Shown in pieces: positions 14,424 to 27,740 of a stretch of 64,000 bases of DNA; positions within the stretch are counted from its first letter, which is position 1; each line of letters starts with the position of its first letter. Location of the stretch: positions 155,992,001 through 156,056,000 of the forward strand of contig OZ024742.1 in assembly GCA_964016885.1 (NCBI GenBank). The letters are read 5' to 3'. A program made the position numbers and the translations under genes. The notes beneath the pieces were generated by a model. The model saw nothing but the letters and a program-made list of their open reading frames with translations. It searched no databases and was not told the origin of the DNA. This DNA is from Eledone cirrhosa (lineage: Eukaryota).

Positions 14424-14500
<77 letters not shown>

Positions 14501-14641
14501 AAATTAAGATAAATTAAGGGTATCATGTCATGTTTGAATTTGATGCGTAAACACAGATGGTTGGACCACTCCTTGTTGAAATTCCAGGATGTGGCTACTG
14601 TCGTTTACCAATCGATTAATTGGTGAAATATATTTCTTTAA

Positions 14642-15239
<598 letters not shown>

Positions 15240-15351
15240 ATATATATATATATATTTATTGTATAGAAGGAGCAAATATATATTACTCTGCCATGTATTG
15301 AGTACCTTACTTACTGTGGTTATCACCGACTCTTATATATATATATATATA

Positions 15352-15672
15352 TGTAGATAAATCTACCAAAAGTTTACGGTAGTGTCCAATCCGTATGAAG
15401 AACTCAATGTAATCCGGATATCATGAAAAGAAGAGATGCATTCAAAAATCACCTTCGGTGAAAGATAAACGGAATACAGAGTTAAGATAAATTATAAAAA
15501 AAATAATGAATAAACAAAGAAACATTTCCTTATATTAAACAAAAAAAGTTCATTATTTTACGATCGTTTCTAGGACACATATATGTCCTAGAAACGATCG
15601 TAAAATAATGAACTTTTTTTGTTTAATATAAGGAACTGTTTCTTTGTTTATTCATTATTTTTTTAATAATTT
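15352..15672. repeat. dispersed repeat ending in a ~180 bp fold-back palindrome
   Basis: Palindrome centred near 15580 (ctaggacac atat atgtcctag); 15352-15575 is also a direct repeat of 22148-22362. Confidence 0.85.
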
Positions 15673-15681
15673 ATATATATA

Positions 15682-15742
<61 letters not shown>

Positions 15743-15770
15743 CACACACATATATTCATATGTATATGTA

Positions 15771-15805
<35 letters not shown>

Positions 15806-15822
15806 TACACATATATTGATAT

Positions 15823-15925
<103 letters not shown>

Positions 15926-15939
15926 TATATATGTATATA

Positions 15940-16135
15940 TATATATATCCACACAAGCACATACAAACATGTGTATACCTACATACACACATGCCCCTAT
16001 ACCCGCACATACATACATATGCTCACACACATGCGCACGCTTACATTTAAGTGTGCACATATACGTAATCGTAAAGATATATATACACAGAGACATACAT
16101 ATATTCATGCGGATACGTAACCGCACACACACGTA
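15940..16135. repeat. diverged inverted repeat, partner at 17820-18010
   Basis: catgcggatacgtaaccg and cgtaatcgtaaagata blocks are reverse-complemented at 17820-17885. Confidence 0.75.
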
Positions 16136-16363
16136 TAGGCATGAAACCTTAAAAACGACGGCACATATACATGCAAAAAATCTAACTGGGAAGGTAGCTA
16201 AGGGTAGCAGGTATAAATAAAATTACGAAAAACAAATATATATATATACATATATAAAGGCATAAAGGGGCGGTTGGACAACGAAATGGGGGGAATATAA
16301 TAAATAAATAATTATTTATATATATAACCACACACACACACATACACACACAAACACACACAC

Positions 16364-16462
<99 letters not shown>

Positions 16463-16545
16463 GGTAAATATTGCTGCAATTCAATTGAAGCACACAACGT
16501 ACTTTTTTCACATAAGAGTGTCGGAGTAAGTATTGAATAAGGAAA

Positions 16546-16610
16546 ATATTTGATTTATATTTATCCTTATCGAGCCCTCTTTGGATTTTAGTCTTCAAAT
16601 GTATTATTAT

Positions 16611-16660
<50 letters not shown>

Positions 16661-17000
16661 ATAATAATACATTTGAAGACTAAAATCCAAGGAGGGCTCG
16701 ATAAGGATAAATATATATCAAATATGTAAGAACCGTAGAGCAAATATTTATTAAAATAACAAGTTAAAGTTTAAGCAAATAATCGCTGCTTTCACCCTTA
16801 ACATGATTTTCTGAAACTAACAAAGTCAATCTGTGAACGCAGAAGGGAATATTTCAAAAATCGTTGCAACCGGAGGAAGACCGGAAGATGATACTTTGGT
16901 TCTTGGAAACGTTCCCTGGCAAAGAACGGGAAAAAACGAATATAATACGTCATTATTTGGAGCGGTGAAAACAATTACACGCAAAGACGAAACCACATAT
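16546..17000 (-). mobile_element. 3' tail of the PLE family at 51755-54165, with fold-back
   Basis: 16745-17000 is the reverse complement of ~53915-54165; 16657-16742 matches 51755-51839; 16546-16615 is an inverted copy of 16657-16725 across (TA)n. Confidence 0.8.
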
Positions 17001-17499
17001 CACACCACTGCCTACTGTCTTAAATTCAGAAAACATATCCTCTACGAGGTCACTAAGCCTGCTAGAAACAGCAGCTAACAATCCCTCATATCACACCCCT
17101 CCCTACTGTCTTAAATTTAGAAAACACACATTTGACAACCAAGCAGAACAACTCCATCGCAGCTCTGTTGTTCGGCTGGCATCGTCTACGCGCGTGTTGC
17201 ACAAGTACTGTGAAACAATATATTTCAACACTTCTTTGCACAGAAATAATATCCATAGGCGAAACTACAATTGTCACTGCTGGTGCAGCTCCTGCTTCGT
17301 CAGTCCAGGTCTGCAATTCATTCACTCAGTGCCTAGCAGACAAAAAAGTGCTGCCATAAAATGGGTGGTGCAACCTAACTTTGGTAACTTACTGACCCCG
17401 ACAATGCCGGGTTTTAATGCTAGAATATATATAGAGAGAAATAGAGAGAGAGAGAGAGAGAGAGAAAGAGAAAGACAGACAGACACACACATACATATA

Positions 17500-17645
17500 T
17501 AGAAGAGGAAGACCAAGGTTAACATATGTTGATGCCCTAAGGACAGACACTGGTCTGTTGGAGATGCAGGATATGGCAGCGATAATGAGGGACAGAGACC
17601 GCTGGAGAGAACTCGACCATGGATCTCGGGAATTTTACCCGCCTT

Positions 17646-17647
<2 letters not shown>
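17500..17647 (+). mobile_element. isolated 3' end of the RTE family
   Basis: [48 protein letters not shown], homologous to 34698-34845 (minus). Confidence 0.85.
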
Positions 17648-17709
<62 letters not shown>

Positions 17710-17716
17710 ATATGTA

Positions 17717-17811
<95 letters not shown>

Positions 17812-18009
17812 ACACACACGTGTGTATACGGTTACGTATCCGCATGCATATATGTGTGTCTGTGTGTATCTTTACGATTACGTCTATGTGCATAGTTAAG
17901 TTTAAGCGTGCGCGTGTGTGTGAGAATATATGTCTTTGTATATATGCGCGTATAGGCAGATGTGTGTATGTATACTCATGTTTGTATCTGCTTGGTGGAT
18001 ATATATATG

Positions 18010-18790
18010 TCACAAGTCTAGCGACAGAAAGAAACGTTGGTACATTACGTAACAAGGAAGCACTTTGGATCAAACGCGTAGGGCCACAATTAAACAACCG
18101 ATCCGAGAGAAGCGATATAAGGTGGTTGGTTTAAGTTTACAAAATATGCAGCAACACACGCACACACACACTGAAGCGAGACAGCAACACACGTACACAC
18201 ACACACACAGAGTAGCATTCCACCATACGAACATACAACACTGCCAATACAGAGGAACACGGTAACAGCACACGCACACACACACACATTAACATTCACC
18301 AAACAGGCAGAGAATACTATGGACTGACAGCTAGCGCTACGACACAATTGAAAGAACTACTTCGGCCGCTGACCTCTGCCTGACTGACCCCATTTCACGC
18401 GCACGCGCGCTCTGCTGAATACCTCAGATATTCAAAACAACGAACAGCGGAGGACACGTTTCGCACGTTTCCGACAGACAGCCCCCCCCCCCCCCCGTAA
18501 AAACAACCCGGTTGATGGATGTGAATCCGAAATATATAGGGAGAATTAAATCTTTCCTAAGTTAACTCTATATCGTGTTGTCATTTTTATTTTTATCCTT
18601 TACGCTCTTTCCTTCATTCCTCTACACGCTACAGTCTTATACACGCCACGCATCTCAACGTACACTCATTTACATCTCTCTCTCCACCACCAGATCTTTT
18701 TACCCTGAGATCTACCCATCTACATTGTCGAGGCTTCCAAACGACTTAAAGAAATTTACCTTATTATTCCACAATGCTTCAAGCAAACTT
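18010..18790 (+). mobile_element. 5'-truncated PLE remnant (GIY-YIG C-terminus plus tail)
   Basis: [30 protein letters not shown] resembles a PLE GIY-YIG end (E-A-x-x-I...LN); decayed hammerhead-like motif at 18507-18542 (cggttga-t-ggat-gtga-atcc-gaaa-tatata-gg). Confidence 0.5.
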
Positions 18791-18857
18791 CAATACTCTC
18801 TTTTATATATATATATATATATATATAGATTTATATACATATTAATATATGTGTGTG

Positions 18858-18904
<47 letters not shown>

Positions 18905-18910
<6 letters not shown>

Positions 18911-21190
18911 CCAGCTAACCTCAGTCTCCTCTGTGTCACTTTTGAGCTGACTTTAGGGATGCTCCCATACAGCTCTGAGTTTTTCATCCTCAGTGTATTC
19001 TAATTAATGTTCAGAGCCATCCTCAGCATTCTCGTGTAGCACCCATCCACCATCTGAGTGAGTTTCTTGGTCAGTGTCCAAGTCTCAGACCCATACAGCA
19101 GCACAGACTCCACTACAGCAATGAAGAGGCGGATTTTAAGGTCTCTACGAAGGTCCAACTTCCACACCATTCTTAAGCTGTGGCACGCCGCCCAGGCCTT
19201 GCTCTTCCTCTCAACCACATCATCTTCCGTATTCCCAATCTTTGCTCCCAAATACAGGAAGTCCTCAACCGATTCCAGCGTATTCCCGCCTACATTAGTG
19301 ATCCCCTCTGGCTTCTCAACAGTCTCTACCAGATATTTTGTTTTAGTCTCATTCATTCTCAGCCCCACACTCATCGACACAGTCTTAACCTCCCGCATCA
19401 AATCCTCTGTCTCCTTCACTGTATTTGTCACCAAAACTATGTCGTTGGCAAATTCAGCATCCGATACCTTTTTCGCCCTAACTCTCATGCTGTGAGCCGG
19501 TGCTACAGTAAAGCCAGAGTCCTGGTGTTTCTCCAGTGCAAGGCGCATACAATAGTCCACTACGATGACAAAAAGGTAGGGAGCCAATGTATCTCCCTGG
19601 AGCACTCCAGCCAGTATCTCAAAGAACTCTGTCATCCCATCAGGTGTAATGACTTGGGCCTTGGTGTTGGTGTAGAGCAGTGATATCAGCTCCACTATCC
19701 TCTTGGGCATTCCATAAGCCTGTAAGATCATCATCAGGCAGTAACGGTCCACAGAATCAAAGGCCTTCCTAAAGTCAATGAAAACCATGACCGCAGGAAG
19801 GCACTTTGCTCTAGCTCCCTCTAATATCCTCCTCAGAATCAGGATGTGACTGGTGGTTGATCTACCCTCTCTGAAGCCGTTCTGGTTGTCCCTGAGCTTC
19901 TTCTCCATCTCAGGTTGGATCCTGTTAAGAATCATCCTGTTGAGAGTCTTTGCCACAAGTGACGTCAGTGAGATCCCCCTGTAGTTGTTGGTGTTAGAGA
20001 GATCTCCCTTCTTTGGCACTGGGACGATGTTACTGATCCTCCACTGATTCGGGGCAACTCCTTTCTCCAGTGCCCCGTTACAGAATCCCAGGATGATATC
20101 ATCAAAATCACACTTCTTCATCACCTCTGATGCCACTCCATCTTCTCCATGAGCCTTGCCCTCCTTGATCCTCTTCTTGGCTCTCTGAAGCTCCTCTCTG
20201 GTGAAGGGCTCTGTCTCAACATCCAGTTCTTCAAACAGCCGTCTGATCTCCCCAGTGCTCTGGACTGTGGAGGGTGGCTCTCCTAGTAGGGTCCTAAAAT
20301 GGTCTAGCCATTTCCTCTTCCTATCCTCGGGCCCCGTTCCCTGGATCTGACTCGAACACCTTCTCTTCCTCCCTCTGATCTCGTTGATGATCATCCAGCT
20401 CTCCTTACATCCAGATCTGTCAACCGCTCTCTCCACACTTCTGATCTTCTCTATCAGTGCCCCCTCTCTGATCTCAGTGTAAGCGGTACAGAGCTCTTCC
20501 CTCATCACCTCCACAGTCTCCATCCTCTCCTCCGTAGGATCAGCATAGAATTGGTCCTTGGCAGCTTTCAGGTGTTCTCTGGCTGCACACACTTTTGGGT
20601 TTGCAGAGCTGACGTGCTTCCCTTTGTTCTTTTTCCTCGGCACCAGGGTTTCACTTGCTTCCGCCACTGCATTGGTGAAGTGCCAGTACCTCCTTGTCAC
20701 ACTCTCCTCTGTCCATCCAATCTCTCTCTCCTCTGACTCTCCACACACAGCACTAAACCTGTTTCTCACTTCCACTGTGAACCTCTTCTGTAGCTTATCA
20801 TCTTCCTTGAAAGCTCCCCAGTCATAGATTGTTCTCCGGGCCTGAGCCTTGCTCTTTCTTAAGCTCACGCGGACCTCACTCATAACAAGCCGCTGGTCAC
20901 TACCCAGTGTACTGAAATAGCTGTATGCTTCCGTGTTCAGAACACTATTCCGCCACTTTTTCCACACCAGAATGAAATCAATCTGGGACTTGGACAGGTG
21001 CATATCCGAGATGTAGGTCCACATCTTCCCCAGATTCTTCCTAAACCCTAGGTTGGTCGCCATCACGTTCGCCTCCAGCAGGGTGTCTCTCAGTAGTGTT
21101 CCATTTCGGTTGGTGTTGTTATGGAAGTACCAGCAAGGATCTTCACTGCCCTCCTTACTCAGATGTGCATTAAAGTCCCCCAAGACAAGC
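18905..21190 (-). pseudogene. RTE/RTEX-clade LINE ORF (AP endonuclease C-half plus RT), 5'-truncated, inactivated
   Basis: ORF 19000-21360 has LGDFNA, SQIDFILV, SDQ (normally SDH), NYRGISL, QNGFR, FIDFRKAFD, LQGDTLAPYLF, FAND (normally FADD), FLYLG; TAG stop at ~19000 where the other copy has CAG. Confidence 0.92.
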
Positions 21191-21975
21191 AGGATATTTC
21201 CCTCACCAACGGATTGGTTTTTGCACTGAACACAAAACCCACTCCTCCTACAGCAGCATTTGTAAATCCCAAAATAAATCCCATAGGAGTAGAAATAGCA
21301 CAGAATCACCACCATACATACAATACCGCAATAGACACAATAATAGTCGCACACCACCAAACAGAAGGCGATGTAAAGAGTATATTTGGTACAACTCGGT
21401 CTATAACAACTCTATTAAAACCAATCTACCCTCACAATTCTTTCGATTAGTTAAAAAACACTTTCCAACATCACATAAATATAATAAAATCTTAAACCCT
21501 AACACTATTCGACTTTCATATTCAACCGCCCTTAATATTGAACAACATATAAAAAAGCTTAACGCAAAACGGTTGTATAAATGCCTTCCAACACATAACA
21601 ATACACGTAAAACATTAGCTATAACATCACAAAACAACAAACAACATCCTGTCCTACCTGAGCAACCTCATCAACCCATCCATGACAATACAACAACGCA
21701 AAATTATAATTGCAACTGTGTCCAACCAGGAAAGTGTCCGTTGAACAATCAGTGTCTTGAACGCAACATCGTATACAAATGTACTATTGAATCGGATAGA
21801 CAGAAGTGGTACTATGTGGGATCTACAGCCACTTCCTTCAAATCACGCCTTTATAGACATCGTTACTCGATAAAACATGAAAACCAGCGTTATGTAACAA
21901 CACTCGCAGACAAGGCTTGGCAACTGCGTGAAAATAACCCACAATTTCACATAAAATGGGATATAATAGCGTCTG
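21190..21975 (+). mobile_element. PLE fragment: RT thumb/linker plus GIY-YIG endonuclease
   Basis: IWYNSVYN..KKHFP..IRLSYST, then CNCVQPGKCPLNNQCLERNIVYKC..YVGST..FKSRLYRH..IKWDII. Confidence 0.9.
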
Positions 21976-22067
21976 TTGTTTATTACATAACTAAAAAGCT
22001 CTGTAGCCTACATATCCATAAGAGCCCTCTCTTCCTCTCTTATCCCTTACCTTTCCTCCGGAAATAC

Positions 22068-22150
<83 letters not shown>

Positions 22151-22279
22151 AGATAAATCTACCAAAATATACGGTAGTGTCCAATCCGTATGAAGAACTC
22201 AATGTAATCCGAATATCATGAAAAGAGATGTATTCAAACATTTTTTTTCGATGAAAAATACAGGAAAATAGAGCCAAGA

Positions 22280-22680
22280 TAAATTAAAAAAATAATGAAT
22301 AAAAACAAAGAAACAGTTCCTTATATTAGAGTATTCATCATTTTTCGATCGTTTCTAGGATATATATGTTAGTGTTGGTATGTATATCATATAGATCTAT
22401 GTAACATTTTTACAATCTATCAGAGGGAATATACATACCTACACATATATATGTGTAGGTATGTATATTCCCTCTGATAGTTTGTAAAAATTTTACATAG
22501 ATCTATATGATATACATATATATGTGTAGGTATGTATATTCCCTCTGATAGTTTGTAAAAATTTTACATAGATCTATATGATATACATACCAACACTAAT
22601 ATATATATCCTAGAAACGATCGAAACATGATGAATTTTCTAATATAAGGAACTGTTTCTTTGTTTTTATTCATTATTTTT

Positions 22681-22685
<5 letters not shown>
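22280..22685. repeat. long fold-back palindrome with a 71 bp tandem duplication in the right arm
   Basis: Centre tacacatatatatgtgta near 22448; atgtgtagg recurs at 22451 and 22522. Confidence 0.9.
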
Positions 22686-22724
<39 letters not shown>

Positions 22725-22732
22725 CATATATC

Positions 22733-22800
22733 TAGAATATATCGTCGATAAAAATAAATTATATATATATGTAATTTATTTCTATCGACGATATATTCTA
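22733..22800. repeat. ~68 bp palindrome centred on (TA)n
   Basis: tagaatatatcgtcgata...tatcgacgatatattcta. Confidence 0.85.
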
Positions 22801-22807
22801 TATAGAT

Positions 22808-22993
22808 TTAATTGTTTCTACTTTTGGCACAAGGCCAGCAAATACCCAGTGTATTACTGGTACTTTATTTTATCGACCCCGTAAGGATGAAACGCAAAGT
22901 TAACCTCGGCGTGATTTGATCCCAGAATGGCAAGCCCCGTAACTCTATGCGTCAATGCATGGCGTCCGACACTCTACCGATACTGCCAATCCA
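22808..22993 (-). mobile_element. tRNA-type SINE (main family)
   Basis: Full-length match to the family. Confidence 0.85.
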
Positions 22994-23235
22994 CAGATTT
23001 AATGATGAAAAAGTACACATAACGTTTTAGTTCATTCTAAAGAATTCCACTTGCATTGTATTTTCTCTTCTAAAATTAAAATAGTAGATTATTTGATATT
23101 GTTTCACTTTTTGTATTAAACTATTTCATTTGGGTTAATAGAATGTACAACCAGACAATTATATCGGCATTTATATTTAACGAAAAGCAAAGGAAACCAA
23201 ACTGCTAAAGGGACACATATTATAAACAACGGCAA

Positions 23236-23394
23236 CTAAATACAGAATGTTGTGCTCTTATGATCATTAGATTGTTTCACATATACAACACCATTTGCTA
23301 TTAGTAATACTTCTCTAACTGGTGGCAATGGATTGACAAATTCTTCATAACGTCGACAATCTTCTTGGCAGTATTGGTTCTGGCTCTTTACATT
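23236..23394 (-). CDS. possible terminal coding exon of an unidentified host gene
   Basis: Non-repetitive frame NVKSQNQYCQEDCRRYEEFVNPLPPVREVLLIANGVVYVKQSNDHKSTTFCI* preceded by atttgcattcag; no homology recognised. Confidence 0.2.
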   Translation of the reverse strand, partial: NVKSQNQYCQEDCRRYEEFVNPLPPVREVLLIANGVVYVKQSNDHKSTTFCI

Positions 23395-23764
23395 CTGAAT
23401 GCAAATCATGAGATAGCCAACTTTACCTTCCACCATAAAAATAAAGTAAGAGTTACGTACTGGTGTTGATACAATCGATGTCCTTCTTCCCCCAAATTAT
23501 TGATATCACATCCTGTATTTTTTTACGAAAACAATTTTAACAGAAATGATCGTGATTCATTGCTAGAAGCTATATATAGGATAGAGTAAGATTTTGAATG
23601 TTATGGTTTGTTTTGTAAAGAAGAGAAATAATAGTGATGCACCTTGAACTAGTGAATTGTTCTCAGACATTTAGTGGATAATATTTATATATCATAAATA
23701 GAGAAAGCCATAAAAATATTCCACTATTTCTGTGTTGATAGATTCAGATTTTATTCATATAAAA

Positions 23765-24190
23765 ATAATTGTTTCTACTTTTTGGCACAAGGCATTACCG
23801 GTGCTTTATTTTATCGACACCGTAAGGCAAAGTTAACCTCGGTCGAATTTGAATTCAGACCGTAAAGGGCCGTAACTCTATGCTACAAAGCATGGCGAAT
23901 GTTTCTACTTTTTGCACAAGGCTAACAATTACCCCTTGTGCATTATTGGTGTTTTATTTTATCGAGCCAGTAAAGCAGAAAGGTAATTCAGTCAGGTCTA
24001 CATGACAAGAATTAATTGTTTCGACTTTTGGCACAAGGCCAGCAAGTATCTCAGTGCATTACTGGTACTTCATTTTATCGACTGCGTAAGGATGAAAGGC
24101 AAAGTTAACCTCGGCGGGATTTGAACTCAGATCGTAAAGGGACGTAACTACGCTGGAAAGCATGTCTGACACTCTACAAATACTTCCAAA
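23765..24190 (-). mobile_element. three adjacent partial or complete SINE copies
   Basis: tgtttc(t/g)acttttggcacaagg tail recurs at ~23770, ~23900 and ~24015. Confidence 0.8.
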
Positions 24191-24646
24191 TACTTGCTAT
24201 CGACAAGAAATAATGCTATTTACATTGGCTATTGCTGTTTGAAGATTCACTACGTATTTCAACTGAAGTGCCAGCAGCAGAAATACAATGACATATACAG
24301 AAGGTTTGTATCTTTTTTTAAGGCTGATGTGGACCTATACATGTCTAATCAGTCTAATAAAAATATTACCCAAATTTCCATCAATTTTCAAAGGGTAAGG
24401 ACAAAATAAACACCCACAAAGTCAATATACAACAAATTATAAAATATCATTGATGGCGAATAGGCTGAATAATTTTAATATCGGAAGCAATTATTTGTGA
24501 TACTCGTTTCGATACTGTACGCTTTCTGATTCAAATCCAGCAAGTAACTACTGCACTTTTTATCATTTCAAGATCGGTGAAAATGACTGGGTTCGATTTT
24601 CCCTCTATATCCCTTTATCATTTTCCATTTCTTCCATTTTCACTCA

Positions 24647-24719
<73 letters not shown>

Positions 24720-25015
24720 CCCTCTCTCTCTCTCACACACTCTCTCTCTCTATATCTCTCTATCTCTCTCTCTCTCTTTATATCTGGCTTTCTCTGGATA
24801 GAATTGGCTACATATTGTAAGTGCTAAAATCTTAACGCATTTAGGAACACATTTTTTATTGTGTGTTTTTTGCATCCGTTTACTTTTTGCATATATATAT
24901 ATATTTTTTTTTTTAGTTGAGACAGTAGTAAACAAAAAACAAAAAAAACAACGTGGAAGGGAGGAGGCAGAACAAATGTTAATATTAGTTTCACGCTTGA
25001 GAGAGTGAGGGTGGG

Positions 25016-25050
25016 GGACGACGTTTCGGGCATAAGCCATTCATCAGGAG
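25016..25050 (-). ncRNA. minimal type I hammerhead-like motif in a C-rich PLE-like tail (24830-25500)
   Basis: CUGAUGA-AU-GGC-UUAU-GCC-C-GAAA-CG-UC; palindromic ACGU stem III; stem I poorly paired. Confidence 0.5.
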
Positions 25051-25512
25051 AAAAGTGGGCAGGAAAAGAGTTCCGAGGGTGTGAGTGGGTGTGGTGGAAA
25101 TATATTAAAACGGGGGGGCCATATTTTTAGAAGGTAAAAATAATTAAAATGAAACAAGTGGTGAAAGGGTGTCAGGCGTGTAGGGGTGGTGGTGGGAGGA
25201 GGGGTGTGGAGACGAGAGAGGGAGACGGGGGTTCCGAGCGTGGAGGGCTGAAGGTGGTGTGCGTGTATGTGTGTAGGTGTACGTGCGTGTGTGTGTATGG
25301 ATGTAAATGTGAGAGTTGGGGGAAGAACGAGGTTCCACGTTCGGCTAACAGGGAAACCAGTGTGTACATGGGGTGGGGTGAAAGTCGTTGTGTGTGTGTG
25401 CGTGTAGATGGAGAGGTGGTGGGGGAAAGGAGGCGTGTGGAGACCGGAGGCCTAGTGTGTTTGTCTGAGGATACGCATGTGTCTACCTGGTACCTTACCA
25501 CACATCCTTCGT

Positions 25513-25552
<40 letters not shown>

Positions 25553-25553
25553 T

Positions 25554-25590
<37 letters not shown>

Positions 25591-25615
25591 CACAAATATT
25601 TCCTATATATATATA

Positions 25616-25833
25616 GGAAAATGATCAAGCTCTTCCGTCGGGGTCTTGAACATTTTCCCATTATCCACTCTACTACGCAAAGTATCGAGTACGCTGGTGC
25701 GTTATGATCCACCTGGTTCCTTACCACACTTCCTTCGTTGTTAAGGAACCAGATGGATCATAACGCATCAGAGTACTCGATACTTTGGGTAGTAGAGTGG
25801 GTAGTAGGAAAATGTTCAAGACCCCGACGGCAG
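25616..25833. repeat. fold-back inverted repeat of family B tail
   Basis: 25635-25723 is the reverse complement of 25743-25830. Confidence 0.85.
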
Positions 25834-26564
25834 AAGAAGAAATAAAATTGGGATGAAGTATTAATATAACATCATTTTGTTTATTCACATACGATGCGAG
25901 TTTCGCGACCGATCAGCTACCGGTACGTCTAATGATGATCTGACCATGCTTTTGTATCGATAGCTTGTGGATTCTCGAAATATAAATAAACTTTCGCAGT
26001 TTCCATCCACCAAATTCTACTTACGAATTAATGATCAACCAGAAACTTAGTAAAACACACTACATTTACATATTATCCATTACATTTACATAATATCCAT
26101 ATGAACTATATTTCGGAGTCGAAAAATAGACAACTATGAATACAAAGACAACCACCACGCCAATACGTCACCACCAATATCACCACAATCAACATAATCA
26201 TCATCATCATCGTCATCAATACCACTTCCACTATTACAATACGACGAACAAAATAAGGAATATAAGTTAGTAAAGGGAGAACGTCAAGAATATATACATT
26301 ATTTTTCACTGTCGTTCCGTATGTTTGTAAAGGGAAAGGGTTTGCTCATTCTTTAGGATATTTATTTTTAGTTTTTAACTGATATGTTATAAAAATGCTA
26401 TAAATCTATACGATAATCGATATAGTGTACCAACTTACTGCTACCCGTATCTAATTTGTCTGCATACAACTCTCTGTCTCACACACGTTCACACGGATAT
26501 ATATGATGAAGCACATATACTCACCCGCGACACATGTATATATATGTACTTATATACGTACGTG

Positions 26565-26847
<283 letters not shown>

Positions 26848-26874
26848 ATGTATGTATGTATGTATGTAAATATA

Positions 26875-26952
<78 letters not shown>

Positions 26953-27364
26953 AATACATGTAACTGTGTTTGCGTGTGTGTGTGCGCCTATATATACGAG
27001 CGTGTATGTGGAAATAATGACTTTGTGTATACAAATAAAAAAACAGAAAGACTAGCGTATTCATATATATACTTATTTAGAATATGTACCTGAATGTGTG
27101 TATGTGTATATGCCTGAATATGTTTGCATATGTTTGTGATAGTGAATGTATGTGTCTGCATGGGTATATTTCTCTTCTTTACGTAACGTAAAAAAACATG
27201 GCACACCATTATCTACCGCCAAGGCAACATAATAGCCCTATGAATTCAACTTGCTAAAAACGGAAATTTCGATTACAATATAATTCAAGATTCAAAGGTT
27301 TCCTAAGATACCAAATAAAATCTATTATCCTCGAAGCATCCTCTATCACATGTCAAAAAATAAG

Positions 27365-27365
27365 C

Positions 27366-27415
<50 letters not shown>

Positions 27416-27589
27416 GATGAGGAGGAGGAGCAGGAGGTGGGCGGTAATGGGAGGAGGGGGGTTGGGAGGATGAATGAGGAGGGGGGATGAGGATGAAGAT
27501 TATTTGTTGTGGTAGTAGTATTTTCGTTGGTGATAATGTTACTAGTATTAGTAGCAGCAGCAATAGTAGTAGTAGTTGTAGTAGTAGTT

Positions 27590-27652
<63 letters not shown>

Positions 27653-27680
27653 ATAGCAGTAGTAGTAGTAGTAGTAGTAA

Positions 27681-27733
<53 letters not shown>

Positions 27734-27740
27734 GTAGTGT
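27365..27740. repeat. (TAG)n trinucleotide arrays with a (GGA)-rich spacer
   Basis: Directly visible. Confidence 0.95.

Larger units (their letters stand above)
13691..14430 (+). mobile_element. non-coding retrozyme-like element, 644 bp unit plus ~96 bp terminal redundancy (family A)
   Basis: 13691-13787 identical to 14335-14431; flanked by (TA)n on both sides; no credible ORF; homologous to 35890-37142. Confidence 0.75.

Noticed and set aside
14590-14640. CUGUCGU..ACCAAU/AUUGGU-GAAA motif
   Set aside because: Two core mismatches and no stem I
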